This document shows positions 12,967 through 25,984 of a stretch of 63,724 bases of DNA, one piece after another. How positions within the stretch are numbered: position 1 is the stretch's first letter; the number at the start of each line of letters is the position of its first letter. The stretch is from Octopus bimaculoides (Eukaryota): contig NC_068988.1 in assembly GCF_001194135.2 (NCBI RefSeq), positions 91,446,225 to 91,509,948 of the forward strand, read 5' to 3'. A program made the position numbers and the translations under genes. The notes below the pieces were generated by a model. The model saw only the letters and a program-made list of their open reading frames with translations. It searched no databases and was not told the origin of the DNA.

Positions 12967-13662
12967 CATTTATATATATCAGGCTTCCTTATTGTTTCTG
13001 TATATCAATTCCACTCTCAAGGTATTGGTCAACCCAGTGTTATAGTGGGAGACACTTGCCCAAGGTGTCATGCTGAGAGATAAAATTCAAATTCATGTGT
13101 GTGTGTTGTACAGGATTATATATTCAATTACATAGCAGCCAATTCGTGTTACCTAACAATTTCATGTTATAGAGTCTTCCAAATGTGTAAAGGTCAATTA
13201 ACAGTCATCAGAGATGACTCTTCCATTCAGACATGGTTATGATAATTATTTACTTTTTCATGCATGCAAGATCCTTTATCCAAAAACCGTTTGGTAGCAT
13301 AAATCAACTGTTATGAGGCTAAATTTACACTAGTATATATATCCACTCTATTATCTAATATATGATTGCCAGTTTTTTTTTTTCTCTCTCTCTTCTGACA
13401 TTTGAAAACTTATTTAACAACTCTGTATGTGTGTTTGGAACTGAATATCATTAAACATAGGATAAAATATATATAAACAACATTCTAATTTATGAATGTT
13501 GAAATGTTTAAAGTCTTTCATTTGTAATATTTTCTTCATATTCTAATTTTAGAATATAAATATTCAAAGATGCAGTCTCTTGGAAAACAAAACTGATAAA
13601 TGTTTATATGAAAATATACACAGCAATGTATAATGAAATACTTCTTCACATAACTAATTAAT

Positions 13663-13845
13663 AAAGCATCATCATCAGTCAGGAAAGCTCAGTTTTTATC
13701 TCTTATAATGATTTATTTGTTCTGCCATCTCAGATTAAGTAGTTAGCTGTTCATATCTCTAAGCTAGTTGTAACAAACTACTCTAATGAGTATTTTCTGT
13801 TCAAAGGGACACTATTCCATTAGACTATTGTCATTACTGATATAA
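13663..13845 (+). pseudogene. MEI1: MEI1 relic, N-terminal block (about aa 57-103), disrupted
   Basis: KASSSVRKAQFLSLIMIYL is followed by TAG at 13744. SKLVVTNYSNE (vs [11 protein letters not shown]) is in a different frame. GHYSIRLLSLL (vs IHFISVLFGLL) returns to the first frame and ends in TAA. Confidence 0.6.
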
Positions 13846-13892
13846 ACTTTTGACCTTGTTAATGATCAGCAGATGTGGGATTGAATTATTAA

Positions 13893-14114
13893 CCCTTTAG
13901 TGTTCAGATTACTCTGTTAAATGTAATATTTTTTCACTGAAATTGTTTTGAATTAATCATGCATTATGTTACAGCTTTGAGGTTTCAATGATATGATTGC
14001 TTTTATTTTTAGAATGTCACTGTAGGTTAGGTGTGAGAGGCTAGATATGGCCAGTTTGAATATAAAACATGTAGAATATTTGGGCCGGATATGGCCAGTT
14101 TAAACACTAAAGGG
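13893..14114. mobile_element. piggyBac-type MITE, family 1 (second copy)
   Basis: TTAA|CCCTTTAGTGTT...AACACTAAAGGG|TTAA; its internal sequence aligns with 5793-6012. Confidence 0.85.
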
Positions 14115-14141
14115 TTAACTGGAAAGTATGGCCTCATTCTT

Positions 14142-14175
<34 letters not shown>

Positions 14176-14709
14176 GTTGGAGCAAGTGTTGTAGAGTAGA
14201 AAAAGAAACTTAGCAAATCAAATTGATAACCTGCTTTTAATTGCCAATTGTCATAATTTCTTTTTAGATATACTCCACTAGAAAGGTATGAATGTCAAAC
14301 CGCTATCAGTTATTCCTTTGTTTTTATACCAATTTTGTTTGTCTGTCTGTGACTTATTCTCTAGTACACACACACTCACAATGACCCTCATCCATTATGG
14401 AAGTCCTGTCCTTCCATTATTATCAATAAAATTATAACACAGGTCAGATACATATCAGAAGCAGATTTATGTGACATGCATTAAATACAATAAACCAGTA
14501 GAGTAATCAGTGAACGTTTCTTAAAGCACATAATTTTTTATGATTGACATTCAACTCTATTTTCTAATAATGAGAAACAAATAACACCTCCTCTACCCCT
14601 GGATTGAGCACAAATCTATTGCAGATAACTTTCCCAGAAAATTGTCTACAATACAAACATACACAGTTTATATAAAGCAATAAACAGCTTTATCCAATGG
14701 TTCTTTTGA

Positions 14710-14980
14710 TCATCATCATCATCGTTTAACATCCGCTTTCCATGCTAGCATGGGTTGGACGATTTGACTAAGGACTGGTGAAACCAGATGGCAACACCAG
14801 GCTCCAATCTGATTTGGCAGAGTTTCTACAGCTGGATGCCCTTCCTAACNNNNNNNNNNTTATGTGTCACCCACACGAGGGCCAGTCAGGCGGTACTGGC
14901 AACGGCCATGCTCAAAATGGTGTATTTTATGTGCCACCCGCACAAGAGCCAGTCCAGGGGCACTGGCAACGATCTTGCTC
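14710..14980 (-). mobile_element. (GAT)n-tailed SINE
   Basis: Near-identical to 36522-36870; contains a 9-nt N gap. Confidence 0.9.
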
Positions 14981-15077
14981 GGTGCCATTGTTGTACAGCT
15001 TATATTATTACCTCTCTTCTATTGTTAACTACCATATCTAGGGTTACATAAATATTCCACATTCCTTGAAATATTGT

Positions 15078-15997
15078 CATCATCATTTTAATGTTCACTT
15101 TTCTATGCTTGCATGGGTTAGACAATTCATCGAGGCAGATTTTCTTTGGTTGGATACCCTACTTGTTGCCAACCCTCATCTGTTTCCAAGCAAAATAATA
15201 TTTCACCATGGCTTGACATGTATTCCATGAAAGACTGGAAATTGGAAATGAACGACATTGTTTGTATGATAACAGTGCTCATTTAGAACCATCATGTGCC
15301 ATCAAGACAGGATACATATGCACATGCATACTAAATACATGCACACAAAATGGACTTCTTTGGTCACTGTGGGGGCTCTAGTAGAAGACACTTGCCCAAG
15401 GTACTGTGCAGTGGAACTGAGCCTATAGTCACATGGTGTTGGAAAGCAAGCTTTGTAAGTGCTAAGCCACATCTGTACCATATAAATCATTAACCATAGT
15501 AACATTTCATAAACTAAAAATATTTTTTCTTTTAAAATATGAAATAATTGTGAATGAGATGCAGCAATCATCTCAATTAGTCTTATTGTAGAGCTTTGAA
15601 TAAATAATTACTTCCTTATTTGAATTTTAGTTTCAATTCACTGTCATCATTGGTTTAGCATATTCTTTTCTGTAATGAAAGAAGTTGGCTTCCTAAACAC
15701 ATGGTTATAAGATTGGTCTCACTGTGTGGCACCCTGAGCAAGTGTCTTTTCCTGTAGCCCCGAGCCACCAAAAGCCTGTCATATATCTATCTATGTTTCT
15801 GTGCATTAATGTGCTTGCGACTCCTTGTCTTGACATCATACAAGTGAAGTCTCATGAAAACATATCAAGCTATGGTGAAATATATCACTTAGAAACAGGT
15901 AAGGATTGGTGACAAGCCGGGCATCTGACCATAGAAAATTTGCTTCTGTGATCCATGCAAATATGGAAAAGTGGACATTAAAACAACAGTAATGATG
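15078..15997. mobile_element. Two older tRNA-SINE copies in divergent orientation (15078-15478 minus; about 15660-15997 plus)
   Basis: Both have a degenerate tRNA head (GACACTTGCCCAAGG or CCCTGAGCAAGTGTC) and a degenerate GGAAAAGTGGACATTAAA tail. Confidence 0.65.
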
Positions 15998-16372
15998 ACT
16001 CTTTTGTCTGCATTTTTCTGCTTTCTTCCTATCAATACTCCCTGCAATTATTCATCATAGTTCTTAAGATGTATGTGAAGTATATAAAAGAAGACTTAGA
16101 CATTCTATAAATGTTTATATTTTTGTCTTAATTCCTACTATATTTTCACCATTTGTGGTTGCTTAGATATCATAACCAAATCATGCTCAACTTAAAAAAA
16201 GTTATTTGCATAATTTTATGATGTATCTCAGGCAACATGGTTAGAGTAGATGATGGGGTGCAGAAATGTTCCTGGCTTTAAGGGTCTCACAAAAGACCTG
16301 GTTGGAGGCTCAACTTTCCAAGTTCTTTTACAGGGCTTAGAAAAACTGAAGGACCACTGAAANNNNNNNNNN

Positions 16373-16455
16373 CTTGCCCAAGGTGCCACGCAGTGGGACT
16401 GAACCCGGAACCATGTGGTTGGTAAGCAAGCTACTTACCACACAGCCACTCCCCT
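16373..16455 (-). mobile_element. tRNA-like SINE head next to a gap
   Basis: The reverse complement reads GGAGTGGCTGTGTGGTAAGTAGCTTGCTTACCAACCACATGGTTCCGGGTTCAGTCCCACTGCGTGGCACCTTGGGCAAG, with A and B boxes. Confidence 0.8.
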
Positions 16456-16459
16456 AATA

Positions 16460-17600
16460 TAAAAAGTCAATGTGGACCCAATGTTTATTCTTTCCCCATT
16501 TCATCCTTCAGTCATTCTTTTTGTAGATATTAATAAGTTTGCCGTGTCTTTGGTCATTTAAGGCTCTAATCTCAACAATGCCAGTTCAGTCATTGCATTG
16601 TTGGCTGTTGTTGTTTCTGATGTTGTCGCCAGCTTATTGGCCATTCTTGGCACTGACTCTGTTACTATACATCTGTACATTATTGGTGACTGTCATTGAT
16701 GTCGATTTTGTTCTGTTTGATCTGGTCCCTTGTGGTATGCGTATGCTTGTATGTTTACCATGTCACACACCTTTTCAACGAAATGTTGCGTGTATACCCT
16801 TAGAGACAAAATTTATTCATGCTGAGTTCTCTATCTGGGCTTTATCACACCTACTCAGGTATCAGATTGAGTTCAATAATAGCCACATTGTGTTTCAGTG
16901 TTTTGGGATACACCAAATCTGAGTGGAGGAAGATGTCTCTCTTCGTCATTTTCCCAAAGAATCAGATTTTATCGGCCCTGAGGCAAAGGAAACATTGAAG
17001 TCCAAAAGGATAAGTGAGCCATTTATGGCTGGGTGTTGTTGAGGATATCATGGATCCTAGTCACTTCATCCCTGGAATGGGTTAGTATAAATGCATCATC
17101 AATGTATCTCCAGTATAACATTGTGCGCCATCCTGCATAGAAGGCTTTGCATTCCAAGTTGTCCAAGTCTTGATTTATATTGTATGGTATCTGATATACT
17201 TGTATTTGTCTATGTTGTATAAATACTTTCCACTGGCTTCTCTGAGTTATTTCTCTTAGTTTGTTTTTGTTTAAATGATGCAAATTACTTGGACCATAAA
17301 TGTATTCTACTCTTGTTTCATCTGTATTAATATAATTCCCTTGGCTACAGTAAATAATTCAGAGAATTGTCATACTAATGACAGCTATTGAGTCAGAAAA
17401 AAAGGTGTTTATACAATAAGGCAGTTCCTTTCCTTAATGGTATATCAACTTTGGGTAATTCTTGAATTGAAAAATTTCACCCACTTCTCAATTGGAATTG
17501 GTCTTAATTGCCATTTGGTAATTATGACACTTCTTCTAGAGGTGGAGATAATTTGATAAATTGAGAATTTATGAGGTATGGTATTTGATATATCTGTGTT
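16460..17600 (-). mobile_element. Degraded Penelope-like element, reverse transcriptase region
   Basis: The minus strand gives ELPKVDIPLRK..GTA (about 17430-17465), YWRYIDDAFILT...RIHDILNNTQP (17023-17130), and a frameshifted NGSL-FLDFNV. These are PLE RT motifs. Confidence 0.7.
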
Positions 17601-17661
17601 TGTCTTATGTTTTTAAAAAAGTATATGTTTGGTAATGTGATCCAAAGTTCTCTACACATAG

Positions 17662-18425
17662 GAAAAAGGTATGATGGCCATGGTTGGAATGTTTTTGATC
17701 ATTAGTCTATATAATCAAGGTTACACTGGAGGTAAACAACAGCAGTCATTTGTATATTTTCAAAATAGTAATATTGAGTTGTTTTGCTCAATTAAAAAAA
17801 AAAAACAAAAAAAAAAACATTTGTGTTGTCTTATGAAAGATATTCTCATCAAAGTTTTGTTCCTATTATCACTTTATTGTATATCAACTTTCTTACATAA
17901 TAATATAACAAATAATTATTATTATGATAACAATGACAGTAATTTCCTGCAATTATATTTCTTTACAGTGATAAGTAGCTGCTTTTTACTGTGGGGGCTT
18001 ACAGCTGACGTTTATAAAAGCCTCCGGTCATTCCCCTCAAAATTCTACTTGTAAAATTGCCTCCATCATATCCAACAAGCAAATGTTGTATACAACTTTT
18101 CTTTACTTTTATACTTTTATATTCTATAAGATAGACAAGCAATTGAGACATATCATTAGAGAAACAATGAGCTAAACACAGTTTCTTTTATCAAATACTC
18201 TAGATATATTTCCTATTCTTCAACAATAGCCTAATGATGGACTGGTACGATATAAAGCCATTCAAGTTGTCTCAACTTTTTTTGCCAATTTTCACAACCA
18301 GGCACTTCTTTCTAACTGCTGTTTTGTTTAAGATTGTTAATGGCTGAATGTATCGAGAGCTCTCTGAGTGGGCCTTTCCCCACCCTCCAACCAGTTTTAT
18401 CCATACCTGAATTTGCATATCAGAT
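17662..18425 (+). pseudogene. MEI1: MEI1 relic blocks about aa 106-200 (17662-17731, 17812-17853, 17969-18050, 18333-18425)
   Basis: EKGMMAMVGMFLIISLYNQ vs EDGSVTDLCIEVLIQITTQ; LCCLMKD vs IRCLLDE; CFLLWGLTADVYKSL vs TLTLLGKLVDAIPAL; ECIESSLSGPFPTLQ vs EHLLRGLVYPSEGIQ. 17969-18050 and 18333-18425 are AG/GT-bounded and join in phase (TT+A); the last has a GTAAGT donor. Confidence 0.65.
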
Positions 18426-18780
18426 GTAAGTTAACAATCAGTGTTTAATGCATTGAGAGCCACCACCAATCAGGATGTGGATCTTCTCGTCCCTTATTGA
18501 CTGTCATCATTTCATTCACTCACAACAAGAATCCAACAACGATCGGCACTTGCTGTTGTTGTCTGATAATACCCCCTACACACTTATCCTCCTCCAGTCT
18601 TTCCTTTCTTACCTCTTCATTTCTTTCCCTTCTCCCCTGCATATCCAAATATTTTTTTATCAGTGTTTTTACCATTTTTCTCATTCATATTGTTTTGACC
18701 TCACTTCTCAAAAAATTGACAAAAACACTTTTCTTTTTCAATTTTTTTTCCTTTCTTTTTCTTTTTTTATAATTTAAAAG

Positions 18781-19557
18781 CTGTGTTTGATTCATCTCTA
18801 CTTAGAATTGAAATTCAGGTGGGTAGATTTTGATGCTGTAATCTACCGTGATGATGTAGCTCTAAGGCATTGCTTTTAATGTATTCTGCAGCTGCAACTG
18901 CTGCTTAAAGCAGCTGCAAGAATAATATGCATCTATAACCATTCAGGCTTTCGAAAAAGGTTTCACTTGGCCCTTCGAATGGGTCATGCAAGAATCTACT
19001 GTTTAGTCTTGTGTAACCAACTTGAACAAATGCTACGTTTCCTTATTAAGCCCAATTAAACTGCCAGTTCTGTTAGCCAAGAAAGAGTAAGCTATTTACT
19101 TTCTCTAGCTCTACTGGAATAAAGTGTTACTAGCTACTATTGTCATAGCTCTTGTACAGATCCTTCTCAGAATCGTTTGAGTGCTCGCCACTGATTAATT
19201 GTAACAATCTTAACAAGATGGGAACTGCAAGTGCAGACACAAAAGAATTATTAATATAGCATGCCTGTCCTTCACTACAAATAGACCAGCATGTGTCTAT
19301 GGGTTTTAATTCTGAAAAAAACACTCTTCACTCTTTTGACACTGTCTGCACTATAGTTTAACCCTCTTAATTCTATTCTAAGTAAATTATATTTTCTTTC
19401 ACTTTAAAAAAAAAAAAAAAAATTAGCTGCATTATTGTTGATTTTTTATCAGGTTCTTGTAAGATGTGCAGCTGTTGTGCAGTGTTTGCTAAATTCCAAT
19501 CATAGACTGTTTAGATATGAAGAATGTCAAGTTCTTATTTGCATATTAAATACTTGA
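18781..19557 (+). pseudogene. MEI1: MEI1 relic blocks about aa 229-365 (18781-18818, 18892-19086, about 19134-19310, 19453-19557)
   Basis: VFDSSLLRIEIQ vs ILDGAQTKELQ. LQLLLK...NHSG is in one frame (stop at 19057) and IKLPVLLAKK (vs TSLPLVLKK) is in another, before a GTAAGC donor. LLLS is followed by TAG. VLVRCAAVVQCLLNSNHRLFRYEEC (vs [23 protein letters not shown]) ends in TGA at 19555. Confidence 0.65.
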
Positions 19558-21109
19558 CAAAGTTTGAGCTACAGTTTTCCTACCATACATACATGCACAC
19601 TTGCATGTATGTATGGTTTTTGTGATTTCATTATATAATTCTTTATATAATAAAATAGCTTATTGTTATGAATTTACTTTATAATTGTTCCATTGTTAAT
19701 TTTCTTTGGTTCAATTATTTGCTGAAACTTATAAACCAGATCATATCTAAGTTTTCATTTTTGTAAAACCATATTTTTGATCTCTGCTTTACAGATATTC
19801 TTTCTTGTTTGGAATGAATTTTCTGTAGTAATTATATTCAAATTTTAAAGCTGTGAATCTATTCTAGTTATTAGAAAATAGAACAATCTTTTTACCGAAA
19901 ATAAATAGGATTTTTAGAAAGCATTTATTTTCAACGTTTTTCTGCTAAATATAATTAAATTACAAACATTTTGTCTGGTTACATTTATTTTTCATTTTAA
20001 CTTAGCTAATTGTCATAAATTAATTGTTTATGCAAAATAACTGGAAAATTTATAAGTTAATTTGGTTCTTAAATTAATTAAAATAACTTTAGTTACTTGA
20101 TTTTTTATCTCACAGTTTTTAAGATACTTAGCAGTTAGTTTCAATAAAGATATTAGATTCACCTTGATAAAACAAATAAAGAGTATAGAAAAAGTTAAGC
20201 ATTTAATAAATTCAGCATTCATTACTGTTTTCATTTTAGCTATTGGATTAAGCTATCAAATATCTATTTTAAATCTAGTTTATAAATCTTTCATCTTATT
20301 GAATTTTATCCTACATTTTAGTAGAGAATATTTATCATCTATATTTAACAATCTGTAATTAAAGACCTGGCCTATATGTATATACATATATATATGTCTC
20401 TCTCTCATATATATATATTTATATATCAAATGATATTTGCATGAATAAATTTATAGCATCCAGAAAATATGTATATGAGATTATGATTCAAGATGGGGAA
20501 GGCATTTGTTTTATATGTGTGGTAACCTTTATGTTTTGTATCTTACATGTGCTGTATGTTCTTCTATATTTCTTTCATTATGACATAATTGGAAACATTT
20601 TCATTCATAATAAAATGTAAAAAAATTCATTTCTTAAATAATCAAATAAAAGTAAACTTTCTCAAATGTTGTATATACATTGTCATTTATCTTTTCAAAG
20701 GACACTATCTGAGGTATAATAAACTTGTATATAATCCTGCCAGTTCAAAGTAATTTTTGATTTGATTGTGCAGATACCATATTAAAATTTAGTCCAAGAT
20801 GACTGACTGTTTAAACTTAATTAAACATCGTATGATTAGCAAAGTTTCCGAAATTGATTATTGGTAACTCATCATTTTCCAACATTAAATTCTAACTATC
20901 TGTTCTGGAGGTAAGCTATTTAATAATAGCGTTGTAGCTTTTTTTTTCTTTTATAACATTTCATAATTAGCTTGGTGGGGGCAACAAGTCTGTTTAAGGG
21001 AGCTAAATCAGAGAACTGTTTTATAGTTATCTCCCTTCTACTCTAAAATTGATGATTCATAGTTTATTGTAATGTCTAGTTTATTTTGCTATTCACTAGA
21101 AGACTCTAG

Positions 21110-21183
21110 TTCTTAACCATCTTACGTCTCTTAATGATATCGACTATATCTATCTTTTTGGAACATGATCAAATTTTGAAAAG
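21110..21183 (+). pseudogene. MEI1: MEI1 relic exon about aa 366-399
   Basis: AG/GT-bounded FLTILRLLMISTISIFLEHDQILK(R); its end matches FAEILTR. Confidence 0.45.
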
Positions 21184-24100
21184 GTTCGCTCTAAGTAATT
21201 AATCTAAATCTTATAGCAATATCTTAAATGACTCTAGGGATTGGTCTTTTCAGCAATTTTACTCATAGAACATCAGAATTTATGAAGTTAAAAGAACTCT
21301 AGAACAATTTCAACATTTAATTAACAAGTTTACTTTAAAGTTATTGCCTTTCAACAATTAAATGGATTAACATTGTTACTTAAACGTAACTAAAGTAAGT
21401 GAAAATGAAATTAACAAGTAAAGATATATTTATAAACGATTTTGTATTAAAATTATCTGAAATTTTAAAGTACCCAGCCAGAGCTTAAGTGATATTTCAT
21501 TTCATGTGTATCACTAACTAAACGTTCACATCAATAAAATAGAAGGCTCTCATACAAATTTGTGATTTAAACTATTACTCCTAAATTTGAATCTTAACAG
21601 TAAACTTGATTTTGTTTAATATTTCAGTAAAACAATGGTTTATTAACTTTAAAATGGCAATAAACACATTCAGAATTGAAAACGTAAAAGTTACAAGCAT
21701 ATAACTTTAGCCTACTGTTTAACTTATGAGATGTTCTACTAATGAATTACAATTAAGGAATATCTTGCTATCCAGACAAAAAAAAAATCTCAACAAAGGA
21801 TATAAATATTATTTATATATGACATGTCTGCAATAACAGTGTATTTTGATAAATATTTCATACAATTTAAAGATTATAATATTTGATATGAAAAAACTAC
21901 TTTTATTTCCATATCATCTGAAATATTGCAACATAATATCACACATCAATAAAGTTTATAACTAAGGAGAAATATTTCAATAAAGAGAAAAAATTTGCAA
22001 AACTGTGAGTAGATGAGTCATTATCCACTAGTTTATTCAAGTGTATCTAGTAGTTGGAATTTTAACTTTTTTTTTTTTTTTTAATATTTTATTTTATCAT
22101 TTATTCAAATCTTATTGAATATCTGAATTGCTATACATATAATTTTATAGCTGTCTCAAAACTAAACTTATATCCCCAGTGAGAAATATGAACTTATCTT
22201 TAAAAGAAAAACATCTTGATTTTCAAAGCTATTTTATTTATTATTTTCAATAAGATGTTTTCATGNNNNNNNNNNNNNNNNNNNNNNNNNNNNNNNNNNN
22301 NNNNNNNNNNNNNNNNNNNNNNNNNNNNNNNNNNNNNNNNNNNNNNNNNNNNNNNNNNNNNNNNNNNNNNNNNNNNNNNNNNNNNNNNNNNNNNNNNNAT
22401 GTTCATCATTTTCAGTAAACAGGTTATTTTATCAATACATGCTAAACTAATTCCACATAGGAAGCACTTACAACTAAAAACAAAATATGAAATTTTCTTT
22501 TAGAACAAGAATATCTTTGAAAATACTTTCCTTGTTTATCAATATACTACATGATTAGATTTAATTCTAGAAGATTATGTTCTTACATATTATTCAACCA
22601 ATTTTAGTAAATAAGTAACTGTATTTTTAAATGTTTTACAAGAAATGACATTTTTTTTTCTGATATTTACTTGGTTTTTTTTTTTTTACTATCACTCTCA
22701 AATGGCTCAAGTCATCCAGAGAGAAGGTTTCATAACTGAATCTTGATTTCTTTGCACTGGAGTTATATCTCTGATTCATTTTGATTTGTTGTTAGATCAT
22801 GCATGATAAATTTTTCTATTATCTTATATTAAGTCTTTGAGTAAGTAGTTGTCCGAGTTATTTGTCAAGCTGTAATTTTCCCTCCCTCTCATACTTTAGC
22901 TTTGTTTCTGTTAGTTTTGTTTAGGGCCTTAAATTGTTTCTCTGTTTACCCCCTGTGACCAGCTTATCGTGTCAAAACTGAACTACCAGATATCTAGCAC
23001 ACAGTATGTTAGGCCACCAGCTGCCGTTGTAAGGATCCTCAGAGCCAGTTTTCATCCATTTCACTTCAATTGGTTATTGTGCATTTTACCAGTTAAGAAC
23101 TACCCGCCCACTCAATGCCTAGATTGTGGCTATAAGTGAAGATAATTATATGTTACAAGGAAACTTGATCTTCCCATTACAGACTTAGTTCAGAAATGCT
23201 CTTTAGTATAGACCATATACTCTTAGTCTTCTAAAAGATGCATTCCATAAAATTTATAGCTTTCTCAAGTTTATACAACTTGGAGATTTTAAAAGCCTTT
23301 ACTAGTAATCATATAATTAAATATAAGTCTAAAAATGTACATAAGTAAGAATTACAATGAAGACATTTAAAAAAATCCAAGTTTGAAAATGGACTACAAA
23401 GCACTCCTAATTTATCTTTTTTCTCTTCTAAATTTAAAAACAATTGAAATATATACTTTCTTTGCAATAACTTTCATAGAAGTCTAAAATCTTTTCCAGT
23501 ATATCTCAATAAACCTGGCCTTGACTCATCCCACTTGTCATCGACCCCTTTCCTCATGCTATCATATTAAATAAGTTGATAGATATTCTTTGTGATAGCC
23601 TTTTTTAGCCCTACTTTTCTCCCTCCCTCTCTCTATCTCCCCCCCCCNNNNNNNNNNNNNNNNNNNNNNNNNNNNNTCTCTACTATAGTTTTACTTCTTA
23701 CATTCACCGGGTTTGTTAAAGTAGCTGGATTTTTTTTTTTTTTTAACTTTGAAGCACTGATTTAGAATGCAGTCAATGCAAGATACAGTCACACCAAATC
23801 TTTAACTGTAAGTTAAGTAGTATTGTGAATAGATTTAGAATGAATAACTTACGGTAAAACTGTAAAATCATAAATTGATGTGATGTGATCTGATTATAAA
23901 CAAAGTGATTCTATAAGTAAAATTATTTTTATTGTATCAGCTAAATTAGAACNNNNNNNNNNNNNNNNNNNNNNNNNNNNNNNNNNNNNNNNNNNNNNNN
24001 NNNNNNNNNNNNNNNNNNNNNNNNNNNNNNNNNNNNNNNNNNNNNNNNNNNNNNNNNNNNNNNNNNNNNNNNNNNNNNNNNNNNNNNNNNNNNNNNNNNN

Positions 24101-24769
24101 NNNNNNNNNNNNNNNNNNNNNNNNNNNNNNNNNNNNNNNNNNNNNNNNNNNNNNNNNNNNNNNNNNNNNNNNNNNNNNNNNNNNNNNNNNNNNNNNNNNN
24201 NNNNNNNNNNNNNNNNNNNNNNNNNNNNNNNNNNNNNNNNNNNNNNNNNNNNNNNNNNNNNNNNNNNNNNNNNNNNNNNNNNNNNNNNNNNNNNNNNNNN
24301 NNNNNNNNNNNNNNNNNNNNNNNNNNNNNNNNNNNNNNNNNNNNNNNNNNNNNNNNNNNNNNNNNNNNNNNNNNNNNNNNNNNNNNNNNNNNNNNNNNNN
24401 NNNNNNNNNNNNNNNNNNNNNNNNNNNNNNNNNNNNNNNNNNNNNNNNNNNNNNNNNNNNNNNNNNNNNNNNNNNNNNNNNNNNNNNNNNNNNNNNNNNN
24501 NNNNNNNNNNNNNNNNNNNNNNNNNNNNNATATATATATATATATATAATAGTTTATTTTCAAGAATAGTTTAGCAATAGTGGGTAGCTTATTTTTGCTG
24601 AAAAAGAAATAAAATTGCATGATGTTATCTATAAAAATAATTAAAGCAACAACATTTGAGTGAGTTATATGAACATTTAACCAATCAACAACTGGCTTTT
24701 ACAAAATGTATAATAGATCAAATTGAATACATTTAGCAAATCATAGTTTCCAATGAAAGATGAGTTCTA

Positions 24770-25519
24770 TGGAAATGTCTCCAATATATCATTGATCATT
24801 CAAGAGCAGAAGACTAGATATACTGCTCACTGCTATCAAAGCACTGATGAATTAGTGAATGAGCGCCTTCTGTAAATCCCAAGCTGTGTGAATTCTCATG
24901 TTAGATGACACAGAATGATGTACATCAATCAAATCTCTTGCAATGTCAACTTACAAATAGTAAGCCTCAAAAATGTCATGGGAGACAGGAACACTTGCAG
25001 AGAAAGTGGTTTTGATCTGAGCAACCCACCCAAAGCAATAAATAGATGTTTAGCTAATAGATGAGTTGACAAAATTTTCATTTTTTTTTTTTAATCAATG
25101 AGTGAACTTTGTTGAACTTATCTTTTCTTATGACAACCCGTAAAATAGTGAGTATCATTTGATCATTTCTGTGTCTTTACCAATCTCAATACAAAATATG
25201 GTCTTGAATCTAGATGAAAACAAATCATTTGTCAATAAACTTACTTAGGCTATTCAGCAATAGCCTAAGTAAGTTTATTGACAAATGATAACTGATAAGA
25301 GTAGTTTTAACAATAACCACCCTTTGGAGACAGTACTAGATAACTGAAAACTTACCTAACAGATAGCTGATTATGGTGTTAAACTTTACAAATCATTTTT
25401 CTTTTTCTAGCACAGCAGCAATGGAGGAGTCAGCAGACCTTGTCTTCAACTCTCAGAATATAATGAGTTTTAAGTCTTCAGAGTATGACATCAATGACTT
25501 TTTAGAAAGTTTACATCAG
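24770..25519 (+). pseudogene. MEI1: MEI1 relic exons about aa 418-468 (about 24770-24854 and 25411-25519)
   Basis: WKCLQYIIDHS is frameshifted into RRLDILLTAIKALMN. TA|gtgaat joins ctag|C to give Y. The next exon, TAAMEESADLVFNSQNIMSFKSSEYDINDFLESLHQ (vs QYGELQALLEAM), has a strong acceptor and a GTAAAG donor. Confidence 0.7.
25224..25289. repeat. Perfect 31-bp inverted repeat with a 4-nt loop
   Basis: ATCATTTGTCAATAAACTTACTTAGGCTATT-cagc-AATAGCCTAAGTAAGTTTATTGACAAATGAT. Confidence 0.95.
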
Positions 25520-25816
25520 GTAAAGACTGTTATACATTTTGTCGAATTTTTCATGCAACCAGTGTTTTGTTCCCCCCACCTCCAATCTGTGATACTATTG
25601 GATGTATCATGGTAATGCAATGAGTTTATCGTTTATATAGTGCTTATATCATCATCAACATTTTAATGTTTTTTTACTCCATACTGACGTTGGTTGGATG
25701 TGTCTACAGTACAGTATATGACCATAAGCACAAGCATAACCATCAACTACCAATATCTTTTTGTGTAGGTTTTGGCTGGCTGCTACTTGGTAGACAAACT
25801 CTCTTACTCTCCCCCG

Positions 25817-25867
<51 letters not shown>

Positions 25868-25984
25868 GACATATATATGTGTATGTGTGTGTGTGTATAT
25901 CTAGTAATGGAAGTCACAGAGAGGTTCATAGCCCAACTAATTAGGAAAAGAGTTTGGTTTTGTGCCAAGGAAAAGCACCACTGA

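Noticed and set aside
20701-23011. Isolated AG/GT pairs (20701-20713, about 20790-20865, 22963-23011)
   Set aside because: No convincing peptide match; such pairs are expected by chance in AT-rich DNA.
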